Positions 63,843 to 64,000 of a DNA stretch of 64,000 nt are shown here, one piece after another (positions within the stretch are counted from its first letter, which is position 1; the number at the start of each line of letters is the position of its first letter). Below the pieces are notes generated by a model, which saw only the letters and a program-made list of their open reading frames with translations, did no database searches and was not told the origin of the DNA. This DNA comes from Eledone cirrhosa (taxonomy: Eukaryota). A program made the translations under genes and the position numbers. Location: positions 310,001 through 374,000 of the forward strand of contig OZ024758.1 of the NCBI GenBank assembly GCA_964016885.1, read 5' to 3'.

Positions 63843-64000
63843 ATTCTGTATTCGGAAATAGCAGTAGTAATAATAGTAACTAAAATAGCGACATCTTCAA
63901 CATTTGTCTGGCAATGTTCCTACCTCTAGAAGGTGCCACAAGGAAGGACTCTACACGACAAAAAAAAACAAAAAACTAATAAACAAACGAAACAAACAAA

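Overview
AT-rich, repeat-dense animal DNA, most likely from a coleoid cephalopod (Octopus-like). This is inferred from CORE-SINEs, RTE/CRE/R4 LINEs and abundant (TA)n/(TATG)n microsatellites. Two host genes lie on the minus strand. The first is a complete 11-exon, ~783-aa SOHLH2-like germ-line bHLH gene (40099-22483), whose N-terminal part reads like a degenerate CheY-type receiver domain. The second is the first coding exon of RMND5/GID2 (18968-18833). Positions 1-18730 are a ~6-kb segmental tandem duplication (2.6 units) carrying a decayed CRE-clade retrotransposon, a 72-bp palindrome flanked by direct repeats and a CORE-SINE; only unit 2 carries a young RTE LINE with an open 831-aa ORF and a 7-bp TSD. 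The right half holds a non-autonomous Helitron (45897-48410), an R4/Dong-type RLE retrotransposon inside a (CATA)n microsatellite (49787-53822), Penelope-type hammerhead ribozyme remnants (one as a perfect palindrome), MITEs and a 21-copy minisatellite. No rRNA, true tRNA or CRISPR array was found. All calls are by eye and no database searches were run.
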